The notes: generated by a model not told the origin, from the sequence alone. A DNA stretch of 64,000 nt from an uncultured Candidatus Saccharibacteria bacterium (GCA_964530555.1 CAZHBD010000001.1:1835-65834); one strand, 5' to 3'; shown: positions 18,362 to 28,074, numbered from the stretch's first letter. Numbers and translations: made by a program.

Positions 18362-20308
18362 ATGATTATGCCGGTATTAAGAACAAAGCAAACACTAGTT
18401 GCTAACGCTTGCTTAGTTGTGGCAACAGTAATTTTTACTCTCGGAGCCAGACCACTACTAGTTATTACATCTATTATGTGTTTTGTACTATTCATACCAA
18501 TGCCCAGAATATTTAATAGTTTTCTTAGCAGAGTAATAGTTGCGTTATTCTTCTCCCTGTCGCTCTTACAGGCTGCTGCTTCTATACAATATATCATTAA
18601 ACCAAACGGCGGGTTTGTTCTAATAGGGTGCATTTATACGGTTTTATGTACCACAATACTTTGGGCATTCGGTGAAAAAGTAAAAAAACGCCCTATACTG
18701 ACGCGTGTTGATGCATTGGTATTCAGCGGTTGCCTATTATTTGTCCTGCCGTTTTTTAGCTTGTTAAAGGGAAATATTTTGGTGAATATTACCAAGGTTG
18801 CAAGCGTGCAAACTGTTGACGCCTCTGCTCACTTTATAGATATAATGGCAGACACAGAAATCCAAAACTTCCATTACCAAAGTGGTTATTACCCAAGGGG
18901 GTTTCATGTCTCCACGGCATTTATCGTTAGTAGTTTTAATAATTCGCCAACCACACTAAGTTGGAAAACAAAGTCATTTATATACCTAGGACTTTATTTC
19001 TTTTATGCTTCCTTGCTCATGATAATGCTTGGGTATGCATGTCTATCAGTATCTCTGAGATTTGCTAAGCATTATATCGATTTCACTTCACAAATTGCTA
19101 TGGTCGGGTCTATTTCTGCTTTATCCACAATACTATATCTATGGCTATTCATGAATGAAGGTTATCTCAACTATTACTATGTGATAGCAACGATCATCAC
19201 GGCTGTTCTATATATTATTGAAAATGACAAGGCAGACTCAAGGAAGCAAATACTGTCAGCAAAGATCAGGGATAAATGGCCTATGGTTGCGTATCTCCTG
19301 TTGACTGTAGGAGTAAGCCTTAGCTGGCCTCTACTTACTCCTCCTATTATTCTCACTCAGGCCCTGTGGATTTGGCCAACCAAACACGTAAAACAAACCA
19401 TAAAACTTATTTTGTTTAATAGTATGAATTTATCATTAATTCTGGTTCTGCTCTTCCATATATTAGGCCTGTACTTTCAAATTCATTATATGAAAGGGAA
19501 CCAGCAGGCGTTAAATCTGGACGGTTCGATACGCAGTTTTAACTTGCCACTTTTATTGCTTGGCTGGCCAGCGGTGCTAGGGTTACTTTTATCCAAGAAA
19601 GATAGCGAGCTACTTAGAATACTAGTAGTAGTTATTTTACTGCCGTTAGGGCTTCTCACACTAGGTATAGCAAGTCTACAGCTATTTACTCTTGGAAGTA
19701 CGCGCTACTACTTAATCAAAACATCGATGCTAGTAGAAATGTTGATATTGGTAATGGTCATTGCCTTTCTTGCTGCTGAAATGGCGAAACGAAAAATTGA
19801 TAACTTAACTAGACTCATTTCTCTCCCCCTAGTTTTAGGATTCATAGTGGTGGTTAACATCTCATTGCTGCCCGAGCCCCTTAAAGAAGTGCGTTCATTG
19901 TTTCGTGATTATTCGAATGTCCCAAAACCTGACTATTTAGACAGTGACGCACGCCTTGTCACGCAGTTGGGTGTCAAAGGGAAAATAACTAACCGAAATA
20001 TTAGTGTACTCCATTACAATAATGAAAAAGGCATGATCTATGCTCACGCAGGTACGTCTCTTTATGCACACGACCTCGGAATCAGTTCGTCTAGCGAAGT
20101 TGCAGAGTGTTTTGGGGAAATACAGTTTAATATTTTGGCGTACCATGCTTTTGATGCCTCCATGCAGCCAAAATTGATACAGAGCGTACAAGATTGTGAG
20201 GCTTATGCCTACTCTCAAGAAGAGCCGTTCTACATCGTGACAGATAAAGGGTCAATTCACTCATTGAAGACTATTTTTGGGACAAAGCCGATATTTCTCG
20301 CTGAGTAA
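18362..20308 (+). CDS. Large polytopic membrane protein, function unknown
   Basis: 648 aa with many TM segments. Visibly AT-rich coding sequence. No motif recognised. Confidence 0.6.
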   Translation: MIMPVLRTKQTLVANACLVVATVIFTLGARPLLVITSIMCFVLFIPMPRIFNSFLSRVIVALFFSLSLLQAAASIQYIIKPNGGFVLIGCIYTVLCTTILWAFGEKVKKRPILTRVDALVFSGCLLFVLPFFSLLKGNILVNITKVASVQTVDASAHFIDIMADTEIQNFHYQSGYYPRGFHVSTAFIVSSFNNSPTTLSWKTKSFIYLGLYFFYASLLMIMLGYACLSVSLRFAKHYIDFTSQIAMVGSISALSTILYLWLFMNEGYLNYYYVIATIITAVLYIIENDKADSRKQILSAKIRDKWPMVAYLLLTVGVSLSWPLLTPPIILTQALWIWPTKHVKQTIKLILFNSMNLSLILVLLFHILGLYFQIHYMKGNQQALNLDGSIRSFNLPLLLLGWPAVLGLLLSKKDSELLRILVVVILLPLGLLTLGIASLQLFTLGSTRYYLIKTSMLVEMLILVMVIAFLAAEMAKRKIDNLTRLISLPLVLGFIVVVNISLLPEPLKEVRSLFRDYSNVPKPDYLDSDARLVTQLGVKGKITNRNISVLHYNNEKGMIYAHAGTSLYAHDLGISSSSEVAECFGEIQFNILAYHAFDASMQPKLIQSVQDCEAYAYSQEEPFYIVTDKGSIHSLKTIFGTKPIFLAE

Positions 20309-22177
20309 CTAACGGTTTAGGTTGACAATTGCTGGACCGTTATTAAGACGGCCATTGCCCCACCATGTTTCAAAAACAAATGACTGGTAGGCGGTATAGA
20401 GGTTTTGAATATTGCCACTTGAGGTTTTGTCAATCCCAGAAATGTTATTTTGGCTGATATGTATCAATGCATCGCTGCTGCGCACCCCCACGCTCCCAGG
20501 CCCCCACCAGTATTCACGTACATAACTCTTGCTGGCCAGGTAAAGCTGTTCATAGCCGCCTGTCATGGTTTTTTTTGCCTCCTTTACTTCTTCTCCGGGT
20601 TGTAGGGTGATAATCTTGGCTGGATTACTGAACCCACTGCCTGGTCGCCACCAAGTCTCGTGTACTCCAGTTTTTGTGACGGTATACAACAGCTCAGTCC
20701 CATCACTTTTTGTGTGCTTCTGTAAATCCACAGTGTCCCTTAGGCTAGTAACGGCTATTCGCTCAATCTCGCTATTAATAGGCCATTTCATTCGATAAAC
20801 ATTGTAGGGCGCTGCTACATAAACTTCATCTCGACCATCAAATGCTACGGATTTATAGATCTTTAATGCGTTATTTATATTCCATAGACGGTAGCCGCTG
20901 CTAATCACAGTGTTATTTCTCCACCAATATTCGTATGGACCATCGTTGGCTAATACATATAAACGAAAAGTTGTCTGCCCCCCCTCGTCTTTTTGATCTG
21001 CAACAACGCCTTTAGTGTTCGCAAGCGTTATTACCCTTGGTATGTCTTTACTAAAGCTTCGTCCGTCGTTAGACACTGACTTGTAAATTCCGCTTTCCGT
21101 TGCGATATATACTGCCAGGCTGCCAGAACCGTCGTTATGAACATCAAAATCAAGAATTCGTTCACCTCCTGGGGAGGTGGCGATTGCTGTTCTTTGAATT
21201 CCGTTACTACCTGACCACCACGCATTGAGAAATAGCTGGGTGTCGGTCGAAGTAAATAATTGCTCTGTGTCGTTGAATCGTACCTTCTTTATGTGTCGAA
21301 TATAATATGTCTCGCCGCTATTTGTTGCACCAAACCAATCATTAAACATGCGCCAGTAGTTTCGGTTGCCGTAAGCGCTACAGCTATCGCCGGTTCCATA
21401 TAAGTTGTTGAGTGCAGCTTGATTGGGCTGGTACGGCGTGTAATTATAAAGACCTGCAGTTGCGGCTGACTGGATACTGACGTTAGAGCCACCACAGCCG
21501 GAATTTGGGTTGTACTGGACATACGCCGTGGCACCTGAACGGTAGTTAAAGGTATTTGGCTGACGAGCATAGCGCTTGAATTGTCGAGCGGCATTATATA
21601 CTTGATTAAAGAAACCATAGTACGCGCTATCGCAAGCTGCAGTATCCGGGCACCCATAACCCATGGCGCTGCGATATTGGATACTCCACGGCCAGTCGTC
21701 TGTTACCAAGCTCTGCTCTTTTTGTAACGTCACTAATAATGCTTGGGGGTTTACGCCACAGGCTCGGGCAACATCATAAATTATCTGAGCACCAGATCTG
21801 GTTGCAGTGGTTATGTTGCCATCGCAATAACTGTCAGCACTTTTGTTGGGTATGCTTTCGCTATAATCCTTAAGGCAGGTGTAAGGTGGTGCATAGCCAT
21901 TTTGTGTTCCCCATTCAGCACGCGTGTAGTAGCGTGAGCCATTCCAGTGGCTGGAGTTTTGTGTGCCATTGGTGTCACAGTTAGGGACCTTCGCATTAAG
22001 AAAATTTTGAATGTCTCCCGAGTTCATGCTACCCGAATTGAAAAAAATAGAGTCATCGGTGATTCGGCTTGCTTGAAACTCGCTGCCTGAAAGCGCTTTT
22101 GCCGGGGTAAAGGTACAAACAAGGCAACCTAGCACAGTTACGAAGATTGCGATTAGTTTAGGCAATCGTCGCTTCAT
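20309..22177 (-). CDS. Secreted protein: Cys-rich N-terminal domain plus seven ~48-aa WW-motif repeats (beta-propeller-like)
   Basis: Signal peptide MKRRLPKLIAIFVTVLGCLVCTFTPAKA. Repeats are marked by FLNAWW, YEYWW, YRMKW, HETWW, REYWW and FETWW. Confidence 0.8.
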   Translation of the reverse strand: MKRRLPKLIAIFVTVLGCLVCTFTPAKALSGSEFQASRITDDSIFFNSGSMNSGDIQNFLNAKVPNCDTNGTQNSSHWNGSRYYTRAEWGTQNGYAPPYTCLKDYSESIPNKSADSYCDGNITTATRSGAQIIYDVARACGVNPQALLVTLQKEQSLVTDDWPWSIQYRSAMGYGCPDTAACDSAYYGFFNQVYNAARQFKRYARQPNTFNYRSGATAYVQYNPNSGCGGSNVSIQSAATAGLYNYTPYQPNQAALNNLYGTGDSCSAYGNRNYWRMFNDWFGATNSGETYYIRHIKKVRFNDTEQLFTSTDTQLFLNAWWSGSNGIQRTAIATSPGGERILDFDVHNDGSGSLAVYIATESGIYKSVSNDGRSFSKDIPRVITLANTKGVVADQKDEGGQTTFRLYVLANDGPYEYWWRNNTVISSGYRLWNINNALKIYKSVAFDGRDEVYVAAPYNVYRMKWPINSEIERIAVTSLRDTVDLQKHTKSDGTELLYTVTKTGVHETWWRPGSGFSNPAKIITLQPGEEVKEAKKTMTGGYEQLYLASKSYVREYWWGPGSVGVRSSDALIHISQNNISGIDKTSSGNIQNLYTAYQSFVFETWWGNGRLNNGPAIVNLNR

Positions 22178-22749
22178 TAATTGACCTCCACGTTACGAGT
22201 CGCTTCACCAGAAGCGGTACTAGAGCTATAGCTTACAGTCAGTTTCCATGTGCCTTTGGTCAGGTTTACCGACATAGGCGCACAGCTCGTATAGCTAGAG
22301 TTCTGAAATCCCTGGCTTGTTGTGCTCTTATTGGTTTGCTCCTTCGCGAAGGTTGCAGTACAAGTGCCGCCATCCTCGAATACGCCTGTTACATATGCAC
22401 TGATGCTTACGTCGCCACTTGCAACGGCTGAGCCTTGTGGTGGGCTGACAATTACCACGTTGGCTGACTTTTTTTGGCCCTGGCTACTGTTACTGTTTGA
22501 GCTTGAGCCAGAGCTCTGTTGGTTTTTAACGATTGCATCCTTAGTTTTGTCAACCTCTTGTTTTTCTTCCGGTGTTGCAGGTGAGTAGTCAACAGAATTA
22601 GTGCCTCGTGGCGCTGATGTTGCAGGTGCTTTCGTCTCGTGGTGAAGTTGCTTATAGCCTAAAAAACCAGCACTCGCAAGTACCATGGCGCCGGTCAGGA
22701 TAAGAGCCAGCTTCTTTCTTGAAGGGCGTTTTTTTGGAGTGTATACCAT
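22177..22749 (-). CDS. Membrane-anchored extracytoplasmic protein, unknown function
   Basis: 190 aa with an N-terminal TM (LALILTGAMVLASAGFLG), a Ser/Asn-rich linker and a beta-rich C-terminal domain. Overlaps the downstream gene by 1 nt. Confidence 0.65.
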   Translation of the reverse strand: MVYTPKKRPSRKKLALILTGAMVLASAGFLGYKQLHHETKAPATSAPRGTNSVDYSPATPEEKQEVDKTKDAIVKNQQSSGSSSNSNSSQGQKKSANVVIVSPPQGSAVASGDVSISAYVTGVFEDGGTCTATFAKEQTNKSTTSQGFQNSSYTSCAPMSVNLTKGTWKLTVSYSSSTASGEATRNVEVN

Positions 22750-22845
22750 GTTTTTATTTTACCAACTTTGTACATAAACATTAGCATATTTCTTACTGAA
22801 CTTCAAGATAATAGGCGATTTTTTGACCAAAAGAACTACTTTGTT

Positions 22846-22854
22846 TGCTATTAT
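22846..22854 (+). promoter_or_regulatory. Candidate extended -10 promoter (TGcTATTAT) 6 nt upstream of the manC-like ATG
   Basis: TGCTATTAT at 22846-22854, then gatgac, then ATG at 22861. Confidence 0.45.
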
Positions 22855-22860
22855 GATGAC

Positions 22861-23907
22861 ATGATTTCAGTCATTATTGCTGGAGGGTCAGGTACACGGC
22901 TATGGCCCCTCTCTACACCAGATTACCCAAAGCATCTCCTCAAAATAAACGGTCAAAATAAGTCGCTTTTACAAAACACCTATGAGAGAGTAAAAGAAAT
23001 TAGCAGTACGGTGTACGTCATAACCGACAAGAGCCACGCGCACCACATAAAAGATCAGTTACCCGATTTACCAGACGACAACTTTATTATGGAACCGGCA
23101 CGACGAGGTACTGCTAACTGTATAGTCGCTGGCCTGGTGGTTATCTCGCAGCAGACTGCAAATCATGATGAACCAATCGCATTTTTACCAGCCGATCACT
23201 ACATTCGCGATGTCAAAGGCTTTGCCTACACCTTTGCACGTGCCGAAACGGTGTCCCAAAAAGAAGGTCGGATTGTTCTGATAGGCGTTGAACCAAACTA
23301 TGCAGCAACGGGTTTTGGCTACATCCAGAAGGGTGAAAAGTACGAAAAATCTCTAGTGTTTAATGTCCATTCGTTTAAAGAAAAGCCGGACTTTAAGACG
23401 GCTCAAAAGTATCTCAAAAGTGGCAATTACGTCTGGAACTCAGGCTCATTTGTGGGCTCTGTGAATACCTTTCTTGAGAAGATCAAAAACTATGCACCAG
23501 ATTTGTTTGAGAACTATCAAAAACTCACTGCTGCAAAAAATCAGGATGATTACCTAAAGACATATCTTACGTTCGAGTCAGACTCTATCGACTATGCACT
23601 CATTGAGCGCGTTAAAGATTTGCTCGTTATTCCTGCTGCGTTTGACTGGATGGATCTAGGGTCGTTCCCAGACTTGCATAAAGCCGTGGACATTGACGAG
23701 CAAGGTAATCATTATCACGGCGAGCAGATCGAAGTTGAGAATGTGACAAATTCATTCATTCAGAATTATGAAGATCGTCCGTTGGCAGTCATTGGGCTCG
23801 ACGGTGTGGTAGTGGTTAACTCACCAAACGGTATTTTAGTGGCCCGCAAGGATCTGGCGCAAAAGGTTGGTGATGTCAGTAAGCGGTTTCATAAGGAGAA
23901 AAAGTGA
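22861..23907 (+). CDS. manC: Mannose-1-phosphate guanylyltransferase (nucleotidyltransferase domain only)
   Basis: Start set at MISVIIAGGSGTRLWPLS, the classic sugar-1-P nucleotidyltransferase G-rich loop (the track ORF starts at 22768). The ~349-aa length lacks a PMI/cupin tail. Confidence 0.8.
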   Translation: MISVIIAGGSGTRLWPLSTPDYPKHLLKINGQNKSLLQNTYERVKEISSTVYVITDKSHAHHIKDQLPDLPDDNFIMEPARRGTANCIVAGLVVISQQTANHDEPIAFLPADHYIRDVKGFAYTFARAETVSQKEGRIVLIGVEPNYAATGFGYIQKGEKYEKSLVFNVHSFKEKPDFKTAQKYLKSGNYVWNSGSFVGSVNTFLEKIKNYAPDLFENYQKLTAAKNQDDYLKTYLTFESDSIDYALIERVKDLLVIPAAFDWMDLGSFPDLHKAVDIDEQGNHYHGEQIEVENVTNSFIQNYEDRPLAVIGLDGVVVVNSPNGILVARKDLAQKVGDVSKRFHKEKK

Positions 23908-24659
23908 AACGTAAAATTATAGCGTTCGATCTGGATGGGACGTTAGCCGAAAGTAAATCTCCATTGTCTGATGAAATGGCCGAAGTTCTCAACGAGCTGC
24001 TTACCCAGTTTCAGGTGTGCGTTATTTCTGGGGGTCGGTTCGAGCAATTTGAAAAGCAGCTTCTGGCTAATCTCAAGGCTGACCCAGCGAAACTCGAGAT
24101 GCTCCATCTCATGCCAACCTGCGGAACGCGTTACTATCGGTACGACCTTGAAAAAGCTGACTGGCACAAAGTTTATGCAGAAGATTTCACCGAAAGCGAA
24201 AAACGGAAAATCATCGGTGCAATGAATAAAGTATTGGATGAGCTACATATGCGCGCCGACAAACCCTGGGGGGAGATTATTGAGGACCGAGGAAGCCAGG
24301 TGACGCTATCCGCACTCGGGCAAGAAGCACCGGTGGCAGAAAAAGAAGCGTGGGATCCCGACCAGACAAAGAAGCAGGCACTGCGCGATGCGATTCAGGC
24401 ATTGATCCCAGAATTTGAGGTGCGAGCAGGCGGTACGACCTCGATCGATGTTACTAAACTGGGTATTGATAAGGCGTACGGGATGAAGAAATTGATGAGC
24501 ATGCTGGAAGTCAGTAAAGAAGAGATACTGTTCTTCGGTGATCGTTTGTCCGAAGGTGGCAATGACTACCCAGTTAAGGCTATGGGGGTTGATTCGCTGG
24601 AAGTTTCTCACTGGCAGCATACGGCCATTGCCTTACGGGCTATTCTGGCGGTTTTATAG
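23904..24659 (+). CDS. HAD-IIB phosphatase-fold protein, eukaryote-type phosphomannomutase-like
   Basis: FDLDGTLAESKSPLSDEM...VCVISGGRFEQFEKQL...FFGDRLSEGGNDYP. Overlaps the manC stop. Confidence 0.6.
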   Translation: MKRKIIAFDLDGTLAESKSPLSDEMAEVLNELLTQFQVCVISGGRFEQFEKQLLANLKADPAKLEMLHLMPTCGTRYYRYDLEKADWHKVYAEDFTESEKRKIIGAMNKVLDELHMRADKPWGEIIEDRGSQVTLSALGQEAPVAEKEAWDPDQTKKQALRDAIQALIPEFEVRAGGTTSIDVTKLGIDKAYGMKKLMSMLEVSKEEILFFGDRLSEGGNDYPVKAMGVDSLEVSHWQHTAIALRAILAVL

Positions 24660-24673
24660 TCTTTTGAATGGCG

Positions 24674-26500
24674 CTACTTACTCGGCTTACTCTCGTACGA
24701 TTGACACTCTACTTGCGTTGATTGCTGCAAACGGTTGGTTATATCAGTATAGAGATACTCACGGGTGCCACCTGCGGTTAAGGCATAGTTACAATTTGGT
24801 AGATAGGGCAAGGCAAGGTCTGCATACCGATTTAAAACAATGCGGAATAGATTAACACTGGAGAGGTTGTGCATATCTTCTTCGGTGGCCAGGGGGATAT
24901 GGGCAGCCTGTAGTATGCCGTATTTCATTTGCAGCCAACTGTCTGACCATTTTGTCATATCATCACCTTTGCCTGCCGTTTCGGTGTTTAACGCCTCGGC
25001 TACAGGGCTTAAGGCACTACTATCCATTGTTTGAGGATATGGGCCTTCATCTGAATTGAGCAGCATCACTGCTTGCCCATTAGATTTTGAGAGAGCGCTA
25101 GTGATGACGCTTTGAATCTGAGTGTTTATAAACTCAACTTGATCAGTATATTTTGTTCTTACTGGGCGACCGGTGTTGTTGCCCTCATTATTCAATGACA
25201 ATGAACCATCGGCATTAAAATCAAACGGATCGTGGGGTACTAAAATGTGAGCAAAGATAAAGCGCCCACCGGGCTTACTATCGTTTGCAAGTTTTGTCAG
25301 GTTTTGCAACTGCGTTTGTACGGTATCGACCCGTGTCTCCTCCGACAATTTAAAAGGCCACATAGATGCTTTGGCAAAACGGTAGTAAGGACTATTCGAA
25401 AATTCTAGTGCTTCCACGCCGCGAAGATTTTTTATTTTCCCCATGACTGATAACAGAATACTTTTCATGTAGTCATGATCCGCAAGCGGTGCCTGGTTGC
25501 TAACGCCATAGACCGAGCCAATGGAGTGGTATTGATAGCCAGCATCTTTTAGGGTCTTAACCACTGACGACTGTCGGACGGTGTTGTGGTAGAGGACTCG
25601 CGCTTGGGCGGAATCATTTTTAAACGGTGCTACAATTTCATTGGTATAGCGTGCATTGAGCGTCGAGGCAATTGACATTGCAGTGAACGGGTAATTTGAA
25701 TGAGCGTTGTCATTTACGGTAAAGCCCTGAGAACGTAACGACTCAGTAAATGGTGTATTGTCGAAACCAAATTGCGATGCAAGGGTTTGGTTACTGGCGT
25801 ATCGATCCAAAACAATGTAATAAATATCTGGTTTATCACTCTGCTTGTGAATCTTTTGGCTTAGCGCGGAAGGAACAACGGTTGATTCTTTGATGAGAGC
25901 GGGGATGATGTGCAGAAGGCCGAGATGCGGGATTACTAGTAGGTAGCCCAAGAGTGCTGCAACGCCGAGCTGGACGTCGATATGTCTATTGCCTTTCATA
26001 TGGTCAACCAGCTTGGATATGCCGACGCCTATTGCAGCAGCTATGCTTACGAGCAGTACGAAGAAAACTATGCTGGCGAGTACCATTGAATCTCCTTCAT
26101 TAAGACCAGGGGTCAGTGCTTTAATGATTCCGCTCATGGCAGTTAGCTTGGCGTCATAACCCACCAACAAAAATGCAAGGCTGACTGTCGCAACCAACTT
26201 AGCAGTGTATGTTTTTAGCCAAGGCAGCCAGTATAGAAATACAACTATAATTCCGGCAGTAACGGCATGCATGAGAAGGGGGAAAAGAAGCTCGCGCGGG
26301 AAAATCTCGAGATAATTATCGTTCTTTAGAATGTTGCTGAAAAAGAAGCTCACAAATACCGAGTAGCTTGCTAGAAACAGACATGCAAGACGTACGAGCA
26401 CACGGCGTCGTAGAAGTGATAACCGTTCGACTACGGCAAATGATTTGTTCTTGGTCTTATGCTGTTTTTTTGTAGTCTGTTGTTTGCGTTGCGTCATCAT
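24674..26500 (-). CDS. Membrane-anchored sulfatase/alkaline-phosphatase-fold transferase (LtaS/phospho-substituent transferase-like)
   Basis: 608 aa with ~5 N-terminal TM segments and an extracytoplasmic domain starting PDIYYIVLDRYAS. The family is called from this pattern only. Confidence 0.6.
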   Translation of the reverse strand: MMTQRKQQTTKKQHKTKNKSFAVVERLSLLRRRVLVRLACLFLASYSVFVSFFFSNILKNDNYLEIFPRELLFPLLMHAVTAGIIVVFLYWLPWLKTYTAKLVATVSLAFLLVGYDAKLTAMSGIIKALTPGLNEGDSMVLASIVFFVLLVSIAAAIGVGISKLVDHMKGNRHIDVQLGVAALLGYLLVIPHLGLLHIIPALIKESTVVPSALSQKIHKQSDKPDIYYIVLDRYASNQTLASQFGFDNTPFTESLRSQGFTVNDNAHSNYPFTAMSIASTLNARYTNEIVAPFKNDSAQARVLYHNTVRQSSVVKTLKDAGYQYHSIGSVYGVSNQAPLADHDYMKSILLSVMGKIKNLRGVEALEFSNSPYYRFAKASMWPFKLSEETRVDTVQTQLQNLTKLANDSKPGGRFIFAHILVPHDPFDFNADGSLSLNNEGNNTGRPVRTKYTDQVEFINTQIQSVITSALSKSNGQAVMLLNSDEGPYPQTMDSSALSPVAEALNTETAGKGDDMTKWSDSWLQMKYGILQAAHIPLATEEDMHNLSSVNLFRIVLNRYADLALPYLPNCNYALTAGGTREYLYTDITNRLQQSTQVECQSYESKPSK

Positions 26501-27897
26501 TTTGCCTTAAAGAGGTACAATGTTCTTTTTGTGCCTCGTATAGATTTTTGCTCGATCAACCTGTAGTATTTGTTGAAAGCGCTGATAAAACGGTCTTCAG
26601 TATAGTCACCAAATATATCTTTTCGGGTGGCGAGGAGCTTCTGGACCTGCGAATCATCTTTTGGCACAAATTCAATAAGCAGATAGTTGCCTAAGTCAGC
26701 AAAGTATCGAGCAATCAGGTCAAAGGGTAAATTGTTCGATATGGCCAGGTGGTGAATGAGAGCTAAAGCCATGACCAGGTCCGAGTGAAAGCGTTGCTGA
26801 ATTGTGCCACGTTCATTGTTGGCCCAGCCCAGGGCGCCGCCTGGATTTGTGAGGTCAATAAGCATGGGGAGCATCTGTGTTTCGTTGAGCCGTTTGGTAA
26901 CTTGATAATTTTTCTCCACGGCTACTGGGTCAATGTCGGTGCATATTGTTTCGACTTTGAGTTTGTGTAACGCTCGACTATAGCGACCATCATTCCCGCC
27001 CAGATCAAGTGCCGTCTTAAGACCCAGCGGTTTAATGAGGCTTGTAACAAGTTTTGCTTTCCTTACTTCAGACTCATCTGAGTAATTAGTATTGTTATAG
27101 TAATCGCCCCATTCGGTTTTAGGCATTGGAGCGTGTAGTTTGGTGATCATTCGTTCTAGGCTACCAAGTATGCCAAGCAGCCCGTTGAGGGTGACTTTTC
27201 GGTTGGCTTGTTGGTGACTGTTGGCTTTGGCTTGTTGGGCTCGACCATGTAACACGATGTGCATAATTACTGCTGGTCGAACTCGCACTGCGCGGGGCAA
27301 TAGCTTGCTAGTGAGATCGAGTGGTATACCATCGAGATTATCACGGAGGAGTTGCTGCAAGCGGATATCGGTGGACTGCATCAGTAAGAGTGGTGCCAAA
27401 AAATGCTGGCAAAACTGACGATACGCTTGCCAAGGTTGGCCTTCATGATAGGCTTCAAATGACAAGGTATCGATAAACACTGGCTTACCGTGAAGAAATT
27501 GGACATTGTAAGCACTGGCATCCTTTAGGGTCATACCATGTTGCAGAGCAATGGTTTGGATCTTCAAGGTTAACAATGCGGCATCCTTCAGTTGGCTAAA
27601 TGACCACTCAAAAGGATAAGAGATAACCGGAATCTGCTGTGGGCAAAGAACTTTGTAAGCGCCTTTAGTAGAACTTTGTTTGGAGCGATCCTCCTTGTGC
27701 GGCACCAGCAGATTTTCGTGTACTAAAGCGTCATACAAGCCAGAATTCATGAACAGCTCGTAATCTGGTTTTCCGGCATTATTGATTTGTCTATATATCT
27801 TCCCTCGAGTGTCAAAAAAAACAAAACCTGCAGGATCGCGAAACGAAGCGGCTAAAGAATTGCCGGCCGGCTTACTTTTTGGTTTTTTCATTAGCAT
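26497..27897 (-). CDS. Class I SAM-dependent methyltransferase with a large N-terminal domain
   Basis: ALDLGGNDGRYS (SAM motif I) in the C-terminal half and an SFRDPAGFVFF N-terminal motif. The start is uncertain (ATG at 27897 or 27891; the track ORF reaches 28032). Confidence 0.65.
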   Translation of the reverse strand: MLMKKPKSKPAGNSLAASFRDPAGFVFFDTRGKIYRQINNAGKPDYELFMNSGLYDALVHENLLVPHKEDRSKQSSTKGAYKVLCPQQIPVISYPFEWSFSQLKDAALLTLKIQTIALQHGMTLKDASAYNVQFLHGKPVFIDTLSFEAYHEGQPWQAYRQFCQHFLAPLLLMQSTDIRLQQLLRDNLDGIPLDLTSKLLPRAVRVRPAVIMHIVLHGRAQQAKANSHQQANRKVTLNGLLGILGSLERMITKLHAPMPKTEWGDYYNNTNYSDESEVRKAKLVTSLIKPLGLKTALDLGGNDGRYSRALHKLKVETICTDIDPVAVEKNYQVTKRLNETQMLPMLIDLTNPGGALGWANNERGTIQQRFHSDLVMALALIHHLAISNNLPFDLIARYFADLGNYLLIEFVPKDDSQVQKLLATRKDIFGDYTEDRFISAFNKYYRLIEQKSIRGTKRTLYLFKAK

Positions 27898-28042
27898 TGT
27901 TTGACGAATCGACTCGTCGTATTTTAGTGATAATTTTCCCAAACGAACTGCGGAAAACCACCCCCACTGCCAATGCTGCACCAAGTACCGCTTGTATAAA
28001 CATACTCCCAGTACCGGCATCAATATAAGCAAAATGTAACAA
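27872..28042 (-). CDS. Small single-TM protein (YIDAGTGS motif)
   Basis: AGGAGG lies 7 nt upstream of TTG at 28042. The product is (M)LHFAYIDAGTGSMFIQAVLGAALAVGVVFRSSFGKIITKIRR..., which resembles small proteins I recall from polysaccharide loci. Overlaps the methyltransferase start by ~26 nt. Confidence 0.45.
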   Translation of the reverse strand: MLHFAYIDAGTGSMFIQAVLGAALAVGVVFRSSFGKIITKIRRVDSSNNANEKTKK

Positions 28043-28074
28043 GTAAAACCCTCCTATTGGTAGTACCAATTATA

